Source: an uncultured bacterium
GTDB lineage: Bacteria; Lernaellota; Lernaellaia; JACKCT01
Assembly (NCBI GenBank): GCA_964591275.1
Contig: CAZQAE010000015.1
Span: forward strand, 2,625 to 66,624
Length of the DNA stretch: 64,000 bases
Reading direction: 5' to 3'
Under the pieces are notes generated by a model. The model made no database searches. It was not told where the DNA came from and saw only the letters and a list, made by a program, of their open reading frames with translations. Positions 40,043 through 50,945 of the stretch are shown one piece after another. Positions within the stretch are counted from its first letter, which is position 1. The number at the start of each line of letters is the position of its first letter. Position numbers and translations under genes: made by a program.

Positions 40043-41068
40043 GTGGAACCGACAGCGCAAACGAAAAGCGACGACGCCGGCAAGGACACTCCGGAATTTC
40101 CGTGGACTTTTGACAGGGTCAAAGAGTACACGCGTCAAAACACGCGCGTGGTCGAAATCAAGGGGCAATATTTCCTTCGCTTTGTCGTCTGGGCAATAAC
40201 CAGGCTGACCCAACTTCTTTCCTGGGATTTGGCTTATCGCATGGGTGCGGGAATAGGCCGCGTGCTTCACTTATTGAAAGTCCGGCGTGCTGTGGCCATG
40301 ACCAATCTGGACATCGTTTACGGCGACAGCAAAACGAGCCGGGAAAAAGACGAAATATACAAGGCGTCTCTTATCAATTTCGGTCGCCAGACCGTGAACT
40401 ATATGCGCATCCCGCTGATGGATGAAGATTTCTGGAACAATGATTTCCAGCTTGAAAACGAGCACATTCTCCGCGACGCCTACAATCAGGGAAAGGGCGT
40501 CATCATGCTGTACATGCACTACGGACCCTGGGAACTGCCCGGCGGCAAGATCGCCCACAGCGGCTACCCGCTGGCCGTTGTGGCTAAAGCAATCAAAAAC
40601 AAAGTAGTGGACAAGTTCGTCGTCGACGCCAGAAGCGCCATGACCCTGGGAAGCATCAAGCACCGGGACGCCATGGGACGCATCAGGGAAGGGCTGAATA
40701 ACGGCGAAGGGATCATCATGGTCATCGACCAGAACATGAAACGCAGCCAGGGCGTCTTTGTCGAATGGATGGGACGCATGGCCTCCGCCGTCCGATCCGT
40801 GGCATGGCTTGCAAGAGAAACCGGCGCGCCCGTGATTACGGGGTACGCTCGGCAGTTGGGGCCGAAAAGTTTTCAAATGACGATGACCGAGCATTTGCCC
40901 TGGGAGACGCATGAGGATTCCGATGAGGAACTTCTTGTCAACACGCGCAACTACATCAAAGCCGTCGAGAAGCACATATATGAAGCTCCGCACGAGTGGT
41001 TTTGGCTACACCGTCGCTGGAAGATTCAGCCCGAAGGCGTCCCCAACCCCTACACGGCAAGGCCGTGA
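40043..41068 (+). CDS. Second LpxL/HtrB-family acyltransferase
   Basis: HYGPWE, IDQN, PHEWFWLHRRWK. Confidence 0.88.
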   Translation: MEPTAQTKSDDAGKDTPEFPWTFDRVKEYTRQNTRVVEIKGQYFLRFVVWAITRLTQLLSWDLAYRMGAGIGRVLHLLKVRRAVAMTNLDIVYGDSKTSREKDEIYKASLINFGRQTVNYMRIPLMDEDFWNNDFQLENEHILRDAYNQGKGVIMLYMHYGPWELPGGKIAHSGYPLAVVAKAIKNKVVDKFVVDARSAMTLGSIKHRDAMGRIREGLNNGEGIIMVIDQNMKRSQGVFVEWMGRMASAVRSVAWLARETGAPVITGYARQLGPKSFQMTMTEHLPWETHEDSDEELLVNTRNYIKAVEKHIYEAPHEWFWLHRRWKIQPEGVPNPYTARP

Positions 41069-41634
41069 GCTGATGACTTCTCACCCGCTCCCCTCGGCCA
41101 TATGGCAATGAGAAGAGTTTTTCCTCCGAAAGCCAGACAAGCTGTGAGCTTGACCAGATAAATTATTGCGCGTCTTCCTCGGCGTTAATGGCATCGGAAA
41201 GGGTTGAAACCTTCGAAAGCGAGACATGGCTGTGAGCAGATTACACGGCATGGACGTGAGTAGATTATTTGCCTTTCGAACCCGCCCGAAATATGAGCTT
41301 GATCGAGACGTTTGTGCTTATACCAAGGAGACCGAGATAAAGAACGAACCGAGCAGTGCATAAATTATATCCAATAATAACAAATATATGTGATAGCATC
41401 CGTATAACCTCCACATTTAAAAAAGACGCCTCATCCGCAAGTATTTTCCGCAAAGAAAACATGAGCACCCTGCTTTGATAACCATTGTGCAGTGACGATA
41501 CTCAAGGATTTCAACATGATTTAAATCTCTTTTCGTCGCCGGATATTCTTTTAAATGAAAAAAAAGCATGTATACTGTTTGTGCAAATCGGAAAGAATTC
41601 CGCGCTTCCCAAGCGCCCGGAGGATCAAACGGCT

Positions 41635-44600
41635 TTGAAAAGTTATTGGCTGGTAGTTATTTCATTCTTGGTGATCGGAGGATTTTTACAATCGCCCGAT
41701 TTATTGGCGGAAAGCCACCAGGATAACAAGGCGCAAACCATCGCCCTGAGCGCCGAGGAATTAAGCTGGATCGCCGATCACCCGGTGATCACGGTCGGCG
41801 CCTCCAAGGACTGGGCTCCGATGGATTTCACCGACGACGAAGGACGGCATGCGGGCATCAGCGCCGATTACCTGCGTTTGATCGAAGAGCGGTCGGGGCT
41901 TGCCTTCAAACCGGTGACGGATCTCAATTGGAACGACGCCCTGGAAAAAACGAAGGCCCATAAACTCGACGGCATGATCTCCATTTCCTATACGGCGAAG
42001 CGCGACCGTTACCTCAACTTCTCCGACCCCTATTTCGCCATCGGCAAGGTCATCATCGTCCGCAAGGAAACAAACGACGTTAATGGTATAGACGACCTCA
42101 AAGGCAGGACCGTCGCGGTGGAAGAGGGTTATCTGATCCAAGATCAACTGGCTCAAGATTATCCCGACATCGTTACCATCGGAAAAGCTACTACATTGGA
42201 CGCCCTGCTGGCAGTAATCAAAAAGGAGGCGGACGCCTATCTCGGAAACATGGCGGTGGTCAACCGTTTGATGGAAACCCATCAACTGGTCACTCTAAAA
42301 GTTTCCGGCATGGGACCTTACGAGCCCGCAAAATTAAGAATCGCGCTCAGGCAGGACTGGTCCGATACCCCGCTACAGATCGTCAACAAGGCTCTGGCGG
42401 CCGTCACCGAGGAAGAACATCGTGAAATCCTGGAAAGATGGGTTAGCATTTCCAGCGATATTTCGTCTTACCAAATTCGGAAAGACGTCACGTTTTCGGA
42501 CAAGGAAAAGGAATGGATTAAAGACAACCCGGTGATAAGTATCGGCGCGGTGAAGGATTGTCCCCCCTTCGATTTCACCGATGAAAAGGGAATCCACAGC
42601 GGCATCTCCGCCGATTATCTGAATCTACTTAAGCGCCTGACCGGCCTTCGATTTGAAGTCGTTACGGACCTGTCATGGAATCAGGTAATCCAAAAAGCCC
42701 GAAGAAGGGAACTGGACGGAGTTGCAACTGTCTATCGAACGGCGGAGCGTGAAAACTATCTGTATTTCAGCGAGGCATATTTCATGTGTCCGGAAGCCAT
42801 CGTCATCAACAAAGATGTGGCTGACATTCGAAACATCAATGACCTGAGCAACAAAACCGTTGTGGTGGAAAAGGGCTATTTTTTGGAAAACCAACTTAGA
42901 AGCGCTTACCCTTCCATCAAAATACTCAATGTCGCCGATACGCTAGCGGCTTTGTTGGCCGTCTCCAACCGGGAAGCGCACGCTTATATCGGAAATACCG
43001 CCGTCGTGTTTTACATCATGGAAAAACACCAGTTGACCAACCTGAAAATCGGCGGTCTTTCGCCTTTCAAACCGATGAGGATTCGCATTGCTCTACGCAA
43101 TGACTGGCCCCCGGAAGCCATCGGTATTATCAATAAAGGGCTGGCGGCGATCGATCCGGAAACAAAGCGTAAAATTCAGCGAAAATGGATTGGGATCAAC
43201 TTTGAGGACTTCGTATCGGACGAGCAAATCGTCGAATTGAGCGAACGGGAAGAAGCATGGCTTGCCGCCCACAAAAATATCCGGCTAGGCGTCGATCCCT
43301 CCTGGCCCCCCTTCGAGTTCGTCGACCAGACCAAGACATATAAGGGGATTTCCTCCGACTACGTAAATATCCTGTCTGAAAAGCTGAAGGTGGAGATGAC
43401 GCCGGCCCCCGGCCTGAGCTGGCAGCAGGTTATTGACGGAGCCAAAGAGGGTCGGATCGACGTCCTTCCGTGCGTGGCCGAAACTCCCGAGCGTTCCCGC
43501 TTTCTCAATTTCACCAAACCCTACATCATCCAGCCCATGGTGATCATGACCAGAAACGACGCCCCTTTCGTGGGCGACATCGACGAGATTCTCGGCGAAA
43601 ATATCGCCGTCATAAATGATCACATAACCCACGAGTATCTCCGCCGCGATTATCCGGACATCGATCTGTATTTGGTCAGCGACATCGAAGAGGCCGTCGA
43701 AGCGGTGGCCGAAAAAAAGGCCTACGCTCTGGTGGACAACCTAGCCGCCATCGAATTCGCCGTGCGCAGGCTCGGCGTCACGAACCTGAAGGTCTCGGGG
43801 CATACGAAGTACAACTTCGAGTTGTCCATGGGCGTGCGCAAGGACTGGCCCGAGCTGGTCGAGATTTTCGACAAGCAGCTGGCCGCCGTTCCCCGGCAGC
43901 GCAAATCGAACATCAACTCTTCATGGATCAACGTTCACGTGGAAAGACGAACCGACTGGGCCCAGGTCAAAAAACACGCTCAGCAATTCGCGCTGATCGC
44001 CGCCGTGATCGTCCTCATGTTTCTTTTTTGGAACCGGCGTTTGGACCGCACGGTCCGGCGCCGGACGGCTGAGCTCAGGGCCAGCGAGGAGCAATACCGC
44101 CTCCTTTTCGACAGCGGCAACGACGCCCTGTTCGTTCATGCCTTGAGCGAAGACGGGCGGCCCGGCCCCTTTATTCAGGTCAACGAAGTCGCCTGCAAAC
44201 GCCTGGGCTATGACCGGGACGAGCTCGCCGAACTTCGGCCCGCGGACATCGAGCCCGCTGAATTCGACGAGGCCGGAGCCGCGGTGTTCAGGGAATTGAT
44301 GATCGACAAGCAGGCCGTGTTCGAGACGGTCCACAAAACCAAAGACGGACGGAAGATCCCGGTGGAGATCAGTTCCCGTCTGTTTCAGATGCACGGCGAT
44401 AACTTCGTTCTTTCCATCGCCCGGAACATCACCGAGCGCAAAAAGGCCGAGGAGGAATTGATAAAGCATCGGGATCATCTGGAGGATCTGGTTGCCGAAA
44501 GAACCACAACCATCGCCGAAAGCGAAGCCCGATTCCGGGGATATTATGAAAACTCTTCGGACCCCCATTTGATTTACAGCGACGAGGGAATCCTCGACTG

Positions 44601-45042
44601 CAACGACGCCATGGTCCGACTCCTGGGCTGCAAGGACAAAAAGGAACTTTTGCGCAGGCGCCCGGCGGAGTTTTCTCCGGAGTATCAGCCGGACCGCAAG
44701 GCCTCGGGCGAAAAATCCGCCGAGATGGACGCCATCGCTTACCGGCGCGGTTTTTATCGTTTCGACTGGATTTTCACCAGGACCGACGACGAGCCGCTTC
44801 CCGTGGAGGTGACCTTGACCCCCGTCACCCAGGGGGGGGGGAAGCCCGTTCTTCTGGCGGTGTGGCACGACTTGACCGAAAGAAAAAAGGCCGAGAAAAA
44901 GCTGCGGCAAAACATGGAGGATCTGGAGCGCTTCAACCGCCTGGCCGCAGGGCGCGAGGAGAAGATGATACAACTGAAAACAAAGATCAACAAGTTGCTC
45001 GTCCAGTGCGGAGAACCGGAAAAATACAAAATCGTCAAGTGA
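41635..45042 (+). CDS. Membrane sensor with three periplasmic PBP (BvgS-like) domains, TM and two PAS domains; no kinase domain
   Basis: Three W.P(M/F).F..GISADY repeats, FWNRRL TM end, PAS..RNITERK, PAS..HDLTERK; ends RFNRLAAGREEKMIQLK..; GGAGG RBS before TTG 41635. Confidence 0.88.
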   Translation: MKSYWLVVISFLVIGGFLQSPDLLAESHQDNKAQTIALSAEELSWIADHPVITVGASKDWAPMDFTDDEGRHAGISADYLRLIEERSGLAFKPVTDLNWNDALEKTKAHKLDGMISISYTAKRDRYLNFSDPYFAIGKVIIVRKETNDVNGIDDLKGRTVAVEEGYLIQDQLAQDYPDIVTIGKATTLDALLAVIKKEADAYLGNMAVVNRLMETHQLVTLKVSGMGPYEPAKLRIALRQDWSDTPLQIVNKALAAVTEEEHREILERWVSISSDISSYQIRKDVTFSDKEKEWIKDNPVISIGAVKDCPPFDFTDEKGIHSGISADYLNLLKRLTGLRFEVVTDLSWNQVIQKARRRELDGVATVYRTAERENYLYFSEAYFMCPEAIVINKDVADIRNINDLSNKTVVVEKGYFLENQLRSAYPSIKILNVADTLAALLAVSNREAHAYIGNTAVVFYIMEKHQLTNLKIGGLSPFKPMRIRIALRNDWPPEAIGIINKGLAAIDPETKRKIQRKWIGINFEDFVSDEQIVELSEREEAWLAAHKNIRLGVDPSWPPFEFVDQTKTYKGISSDYVNILSEKLKVEMTPAPGLSWQQVIDGAKEGRIDVLPCVAETPERSRFLNFTKPYIIQPMVIMTRNDAPFVGDIDEILGENIAVINDHITHEYLRRDYPDIDLYLVSDIEEAVEAVAEKKAYALVDNLAAIEFAVRRLGVTNLKVSGHTKYNFELSMGVRKDWPELVEIFDKQLAAVPRQRKSNINSSWINVHVERRTDWAQVKKHAQQFALIAAVIVLMFLFWNRRLDRTVRRRTAELRASEEQYRLLFDSGNDALFVHALSEDGRPGPFIQVNEVACKRLGYDRDELAELRPADIEPAEFDEAGAAVFRELMIDKQAVFETVHKTKDGRKIPVEISSRLFQMHGDNFVLSIARNITERKKAEEELIKHRDHLEDLVAERTTTIAESEARFRGYYENSSDPHLIYSDEGILDCNDAMVRLLGCKDKKELLRRRPAEFSPEYQPDRKASGEKSAEMDAIAYRRGFYRFDWIFTRTDDEPLPVEVTLTPVTQGGGKPVLLAVWHDLTERKKAEKKLRQNMEDLERFNRLAAGREEKMIQLKTKINKLLVQCGEPEKYKIVK

Positions 45043-45061
45043 ATCCCAACGAATACGGGGT

Positions 45062-45304
45062 ATGTCCATGTTTCAAGAAGAACGCGAAGAACTTTTGTTC
45101 GACTGGAAAATGATCGGCGATGTGGGCGAGGACCGCCCCAACCCGGAAGCCGAGATGAAGGTCGCCGTCTGCCGGCTGATGCAATTCACTTTGCGGGACG
45201 TGCCGATGGAATACACCGGCAAGGACTTCCAGGTCCGCGAGGTCGACTGCTGGTGCACGGGCGAGCGGATCTGCCGCTTCGAAATCACCCTGAAACGGGA
45301 TTGA
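45062..45304 (+). pseudogene. V4R-domain gene with large in-frame internal deletion
   Basis: N-terminal MFQEER..RPN..RLMQFTLRDV joined directly to C-terminal YTGKDFQVREVDCW..GERICRF; the central AEDLDCSGLP/DEGFIAG region I expect in this family is absent. Confidence 0.65.
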
Positions 45305-45308
45305 TACG

Positions 45309-48083
45309 ATGATTCAAGTCAAGGAAGAGCACATCGACAAAATCACCGAGGCCTTTCAAAAAATCCTCAAGGGGAAAGAGCCTTCTTTAATCCCGCTGCC
45401 CGACGACCACCCGGAAGATGAAATCCGGCAGGCGGTGAGTTATATCAACCAATTCATCGGCGAATACAATGAAGTTGCGCGGACTCTCGCGAAGCTGTCT
45501 CAAGGAACGATCGACGCCAAAATCCCGCAAAGCTCCTTGAGCTTTGTGTCCTTTTTAAAAAACCTGCAATCCAGTCTGAACCATCTGACATGGGTCACCC
45601 AGCAGATCGCCAAAGGGAGTTTTGATCATGAAGTAAATTTCATGGGCGATTTCTCCGAGGCCTTCAATTCCATGACAAAGCAGTTGCAGGAATTTTTCAC
45701 CGAGCGAAAACGGTCGACGGAAAAGCTGACGACCCGTCTCGATCAGATGGCCAGCGCCCGGCGGGCCATGCTGAACATCGCCGAGGATCTGGAAGAGGCC
45801 AGAAAGGAGGCTGAGGACGCCACGAAGGCCAAAAGCGAATTTCTGGCGAACATGAGCCACGAAATCCGCACCCCCATGAACGCCATCATGGGAATGAGCC
45901 AGCTGGCCTTGCAGACGAAACTGACGCCCAAGCAGCGCGACTACGTGGAAAAGATCGACCGGGCCTCGAAATCGCTGCTGCGCATCATCAACGACATCCT
46001 GGATTTCTCCAAGATCGAGGCGGGCAAGCTGGAGATGGAATCCGTCGAGTTCGACCTCCAGGAGGTTTTGGACAACCTGGCCAATATTTCCACCATCAAG
46101 GCGGAGGAGAAGGGATTGGAACTGCTGTTTCGGCTGCACGAGGACGTGCCGACGAACCTGGTGGGCGACCCCTTGAGGCTGGGCCAGATTCTGCTCAATC
46201 TGGTGTCCAACGCCGTCAAATTCACCGCCAAAGGAGAGATCGTCGTCCAGGTGGAAGTCCTGGAACAAAGCGGGGACGAGGTCCGGCTGAAGTTCGCCGT
46301 TCACGACACGGGCATCGGCATGACCAAAGAGCAGCAGGCGAAGCTTTTCGAGTCCTTTTCTCAGGCCGATTCTTCCACCACGCGAAAATTCGGCGGCACG
46401 GGCCTGGGTCTGGCCATCAGCAAAAAGCTCACGAAGATGATGGGCGGCGATATCGAGGTGGAAAGCGAGGCGGGCAAAGGCAGTTCCTTCCTTTTCAGCG
46501 TTGAATTCGGTCTGCATGAACACAGGCGCAAAAGCCGCATGGTGCTGTCCGAGGATTTGCGGGGTATGAAGGTCCTGGTGGTGGACGACAACAGGACTTC
46601 CCGGGAGATTTTGCACGGCCTGCTCGACACCTTCGGTTTCGACGTCACCCTGGCCGCCTCGGGACCGGAAGGCGTCAACGAGCTGGAGAGCGCCGCCCAC
46701 GGGCAGCCCTTCGAACTGGTGCTCATGGACTGGAGAATGCCCGGCGTCAACGGGATTCAGGCCGCACGAATGATCAAAGGCCATAAAGCTCTCGCCAAGA
46801 TCCCCACCGTCATTATGATCACCGCCTATGGTCGCCAGGAAATCATTCAACAGGCCCAGGACCTGGGACTCGAAGGATTTTTGATCAAACCGATCAGTCC
46901 GTCCATCCTTTTCAATACGGTCATGGAAATTTTCGGCAAGGAAACCGAACACCAGGCCCGCGCCTACGAGTCCGACGATCTCCTGCAAAAGATATCGTCC
47001 ATCAGCGGCGCGAATGTATTGCTGGCCGAAGACAACGAGATCAATCAGCAGGTGGCCGGAGAGCTTTTGACGAGCTGGGGCCTTTCGGTGGATATCGCCA
47101 AAAACGGAAAAGAGGCGGTGGCCAAAGCCAAGACTCGCAAATACGACGCCGTCCTGATGGATATCCAGATGCCCGAGATGGACGGATTCGAAGCCACGGC
47201 GCGTATCCGAAAGCTCGCCCCGGATTATCCCTTCCTTCGCGATCTGCCCATCCTCGCCATGACCGCCCACGCCATGAGCGGCGACAGGGAAAAGAGCCTC
47301 GCCGGGGGGATGAACGACCATCTCACCAAGCCCGTCGACCCGAAGGAAATGGCTGAAACCCTCATGAAATGGATTCGGCCCAAGGCGGCGACCGGCACGG
47401 GGCCGACGTTCGGCACGGGGCCGGCGACCGGCGTCAAGGCGTCGCCGGAAACCCCTCCGGCCTCAGCCCCGCTCTCAAGGCTCTTTCTTCCGGGGATCGA
47501 CACCCGGGCGGGAGTGGCCAGGGTCGGGGGAAACGAAAAGTTGTACAGGAAACTTCTGCTGAGGTTGCGCGACGACTACGGCGCTTACGCCGACGCCGTG
47601 CTCAAGGACTTGTCCGACGATGATTTTGTGAGCGCGCGGATCAAGGCCCACACCCTCAAGGGCGTAGCCGCGAACATCGGCGCGACGGACCTGCAGGAGG
47701 CGGCGGGAAACCTGGAGACCTCCCTGAAAAACGAAGACGAGGGGGCCTTGAAGCAACATTTTATCCTTTTCAAAAACACCCTGACACAGGTCCTGGGCGT
47801 CCTGGAAACCCTGGACCCGAAAGTCCCGGAGGCGCCGGATGCGGACAAAATGAAAACGCCCTCCAACCCGGAAAGCCTGCTGGACGCGCTCAAGAAACTG
47901 GGGCCGGCGGTGGACTCGCGAAAGCCGAAAAACTGTGCGCCCTTCCTTGCGGAAATTGAGACCCTTAGTTGGCCCGAATCCCTGTCGGCCAGGGCCCAAA
48001 GCCTTGTGGCCGAGGTGAATAAATACAAATTCAAGGACGCACGATCGATCATCGATGAAATGATAAAGACTTTGGAAGATTAA
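45309..48083 (+). CDS. Cytoplasmic hybrid histidine kinase (HAMP-like, HisKA, HATPase, 2xREC, Hpt)
   Basis: [50 protein letters not shown]. Confidence 0.95.
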   Translation: MIQVKEEHIDKITEAFQKILKGKEPSLIPLPDDHPEDEIRQAVSYINQFIGEYNEVARTLAKLSQGTIDAKIPQSSLSFVSFLKNLQSSLNHLTWVTQQIAKGSFDHEVNFMGDFSEAFNSMTKQLQEFFTERKRSTEKLTTRLDQMASARRAMLNIAEDLEEARKEAEDATKAKSEFLANMSHEIRTPMNAIMGMSQLALQTKLTPKQRDYVEKIDRASKSLLRIINDILDFSKIEAGKLEMESVEFDLQEVLDNLANISTIKAEEKGLELLFRLHEDVPTNLVGDPLRLGQILLNLVSNAVKFTAKGEIVVQVEVLEQSGDEVRLKFAVHDTGIGMTKEQQAKLFESFSQADSSTTRKFGGTGLGLAISKKLTKMMGGDIEVESEAGKGSSFLFSVEFGLHEHRRKSRMVLSEDLRGMKVLVVDDNRTSREILHGLLDTFGFDVTLAASGPEGVNELESAAHGQPFELVLMDWRMPGVNGIQAARMIKGHKALAKIPTVIMITAYGRQEIIQQAQDLGLEGFLIKPISPSILFNTVMEIFGKETEHQARAYESDDLLQKISSISGANVLLAEDNEINQQVAGELLTSWGLSVDIAKNGKEAVAKAKTRKYDAVLMDIQMPEMDGFEATARIRKLAPDYPFLRDLPILAMTAHAMSGDREKSLAGGMNDHLTKPVDPKEMAETLMKWIRPKAATGTGPTFGTGPATGVKASPETPPASAPLSRLFLPGIDTRAGVARVGGNEKLYRKLLLRLRDDYGAYADAVLKDLSDDDFVSARIKAHTLKGVAANIGATDLQEAAGNLETSLKNEDEGALKQHFILFKNTLTQVLGVLETLDPKVPEAPDADKMKTPSNPESLLDALKKLGPAVDSRKPKNCAPFLAEIETLSWPESLSARAQSLVAEVNKYKFKDARSIIDEMIKTLED

Positions 48084-48093
48084 GGGGACCGCC

Positions 48094-49218
48094 ATGATTA
48101 AAAAATTATCCGAGTGCTCGGTTCTCGTCGTAGACGACACGGCGACGAACATCGACATCATCGTCGAAGCCGTGGGCGAACAGTACGATCTTTCGGTGGC
48201 GACGGACGGGGCGACGGCTCTGGAGCTGGCCGAGGCGACCCGGCCCGACCTCATCCTGCTGGACATCATGATGCCGGACCTGGACGGATACGACGTGATA
48301 CGCCGGCTCAAGGCCAATCCCGCCACCGCGCATATCCCGGTGATTTTCCTGACCGCGCTGCGGGAGATCGAAAGCAAAACCAAGGGATTCGAGCTCGGCG
48401 CCGTGGATTACATCACCAAGCCTTTCGATATTGCGGAAGTCAAAGCCCGGCTCGGACTCCACCTCAATTTGAGCCTGGCCAAACAGGAACTGGCCCGGCA
48501 AAACGAAATTTTGGAAATCAAAGTTCAGGAAAGAACGGCGGAACTGGTGTGCACGCAAGACGTGACCATTCACTGCATGGCGGTGCTGGCCGAATTCCGG
48601 GATCCCGAGACCGGCGGCCACATCATGCGAACCCAAAACTACGTCAAAGCCCTGGCGGACCGCTTGCACAAGATTCACAAACACCGGGAAGTTTTGACGC
48701 CGGAAAACAACACCCTGCTGTACAAAAGCGCTCCCTTGCACGACATCGGAAAAATAGGAATCTCCGACAAGGTTCTTTTAAAGCCGGGAAAACTCGACGA
48801 CGAAGAATGGACGGCGATGAAAAAACATCCCGTATTGGGTTTCGAAGCGATTCAGTCAGCGCAAGAACGCCTCGGGAAAAACTGCTTTCTGCATTTTGCA
48901 GGGGAAATCGCCCGATGGCACCATGAGAAGTGGGACGGCTCCGGTTATCCCGACGGCCTTTCGGGAGAACAAATACCCCTGGCCGCCCGTCTGATGGCCC
49001 TGGCGGACGTTTACGACGCCCTGGTCAGCAAGCGCGTTTATAAACCCGCCTTTCCCCACTCAAAGGCGGTGGACATCATCGGCGAAGGTAAGGGTTCGCA
49101 CTTCGATCCGGATATCGCCGACGCCTTTATGGATATTCACGAGGATTTCCGCCATATCGCCATCAAATTCGCCGACCAGGACAAAAGCCTTGGCTGCTCG
49201 GTCAACAACCATCTATGA
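48094..49218 (+). CDS. REC + HD-GYP response regulator (RpfG-like c-di-GMP phosphodiesterase)
   Basis: LLDIMMP, HDIGKIG, HHEKWDGSGYP, DVYDAL. Confidence 0.95.
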   Translation: MIKKLSECSVLVVDDTATNIDIIVEAVGEQYDLSVATDGATALELAEATRPDLILLDIMMPDLDGYDVIRRLKANPATAHIPVIFLTALREIESKTKGFELGAVDYITKPFDIAEVKARLGLHLNLSLAKQELARQNEILEIKVQERTAELVCTQDVTIHCMAVLAEFRDPETGGHIMRTQNYVKALADRLHKIHKHREVLTPENNTLLYKSAPLHDIGKIGISDKVLLKPGKLDDEEWTAMKKHPVLGFEAIQSAQERLGKNCFLHFAGEIARWHHEKWDGSGYPDGLSGEQIPLAARLMALADVYDALVSKRVYKPAFPHSKAVDIIGEGKGSHFDPDIADAFMDIHEDFRHIAIKFADQDKSLGCSVNNHL

Positions 49219-49249
49219 AATCTAGGCATGGCCTTGCCGTGCGCGTTTA

Positions 49250-50788
49250 TTAATTCAAAAAAAAGCGCAGATACTGCGTGATTCCCGTAACGGCGACTTC
49301 CACTTCGCCATTTTCCGAAATGCCGCTTTCGATCTCATCGCCGCTTTGATCGAATAAGGTCCATGAACCATCGGTGCCCGCCGGAAGCGGAACGACGATG
49401 TTTTTCTCTTCCCAAATGGCCGGTCCGCCCCGCCACAGAGCAACAGTCCACATTCCTTGGTCGTCAGCGAAAACCAGGGCGTACACGTTGGTGTCCAGGT
49501 ACAACGCCGGGCGTAAATCGCCGGCGTAGCGAGAGTCGCCAAGCAGGCGATGCGCGCCACGAAGAGCCAGAAAGGACTCCTTGGCTTCTGTGTCTTGCGT
49601 GTCGCCCGGATAAGTGAACAATCCAAAATAATCTTCGGTCGGCAAAGACGCGCCGCCGGAGCCGTCCCAGAATGTGTACCAATCATAAATCTCAATGTCG
49701 TTAGCCAATGCCATCATCATGCTGTGCGCCAGGTATGCCGCCTGCCGCTGGTCGCCGATAATGAGGCTCGGCCAACCCATCTCCGTGAACTGCAGGCGCT
49801 TGTCCGGGCAGCCGATGTCGGCCAGCGTTGATCGGGCCAGATCAATGAAACCGACCGTCGTCGGAAAATGGTAGATGCCCAGGTCCAGGTCAAACTCCGG
49901 GCTGGGCTGCTGTAAGAAGGTGTAGGGATGGATGGACAAGACGTCGAAATAATCGCAAATGTCCGGATGAAATTCATGCACGCGATGAATGAAATTCCAG
50001 ATGCCTCGTGGATCGAAAAAGTTCACTTCCAGAGGCGACAATCCGCCAAAGATCACGCTCGCGTCGGGATCATTGTCGTGAACCGATTCATATACGGCTT
50101 TAAGCAATTCGCCGTACTTATCAGGATTCGGTTCCGGCTTCCAGAATCGCGTCGTGTTCTGCTCGTTCCAGAATTCGTAGTGATCAATCCGATCCGCAAA
50201 ATGCTCGGCGACCTTGCCTGTGTAGTCGGCGTATTGCGCCGGATCGATTTCATCGGCGGTCCCACCGGGCGTCGCCCAGTCCGGGCTTCCCAGGAAGATG
50301 GCGGTGACATCCAGCCCGGAGGCGAGGCACAAATCCGTCATGGTGTCGAGGCCGTCAAAGTTCCATACATCGTCTTCGGGCTCGATGCTGTACCAGTGAA
50401 AATCGGTTCGTACCATTTTCACACCGGCTTCCACCAGTTTTTCAATCTCGAATTCCCTCTTCCAATTATACGCCGCCCCACGGCTCATATGGCTGGAGAT
50501 GCCGAGGATTTCATCAAGCGTTCCGCCACCGGGAGTCATTTCGGCATAAGGATCGACAGGCGCAGTATCGTCATCATCGACATCGTCGTTGAGATCATCG
50601 TTCACGTCATCATCGTTGTCATCGTTTAGATCGTCATCGACATCGTCATTTACGTCGTCATCATTCGGGACATCGTCGCTATCATCATTATCATCGTCGT
50701 CATCCCCACATCCGACGACGGGAAAAACGAAAACCAAAAGCACAAAAATTGAAGCGAAAATGTGCCAGCAACTTGCGTCTCGTGTCAT
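49250..50788 (-). CDS. Asp-rich lipoprotein, clan GH-A glycoside hydrolase (GH39/GH5-like)
   Basis: Lipobox VVGC; (DDDx)n; EFWNEQN acid/base, SIHPY, TEMGWP nucleophile. Confidence 0.82.
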   Translation of the reverse strand: MTRDASCWHIFASIFVLLVFVFPVVGCGDDDDDNDDSDDVPNDDDVNDDVDDDLNDDNDDDVNDDLNDDVDDDDTAPVDPYAEMTPGGGTLDEILGISSHMSRGAAYNWKREFEIEKLVEAGVKMVRTDFHWYSIEPEDDVWNFDGLDTMTDLCLASGLDVTAIFLGSPDWATPGGTADEIDPAQYADYTGKVAEHFADRIDHYEFWNEQNTTRFWKPEPNPDKYGELLKAVYESVHDNDPDASVIFGGLSPLEVNFFDPRGIWNFIHRVHEFHPDICDYFDVLSIHPYTFLQQPSPEFDLDLGIYHFPTTVGFIDLARSTLADIGCPDKRLQFTEMGWPSLIIGDQRQAAYLAHSMMMALANDIEIYDWYTFWDGSGGASLPTEDYFGLFTYPGDTQDTEAKESFLALRGAHRLLGDSRYAGDLRPALYLDTNVYALVFADDQGMWTVALWRGGPAIWEEKNIVVPLPAGTDGSWTLFDQSGDEIESGISENGEVEVAVTGITQYLRFFLN

Positions 50789-50945
50789 CTCACTCTCCTC
50801 ACGGGGATTATGAAAGATTAGGGGTTGCGAAGGAAAGCATTTTAGCGGATTTCGATTCCACGCCGACCTTTGCTCCGAGCACAGCTCACGCCGCCGCTGA
50901 ACGATTCAGTCGGAAGGCGCAACGAATCTCCATGATGGCTAAAAA

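Noticed and set aside
45555-47321. 588-aa antisense ORF (also 43921-45069, 47475-48383)
   Set aside because: Typical stop-free shadow of GC3-rich signalling genes
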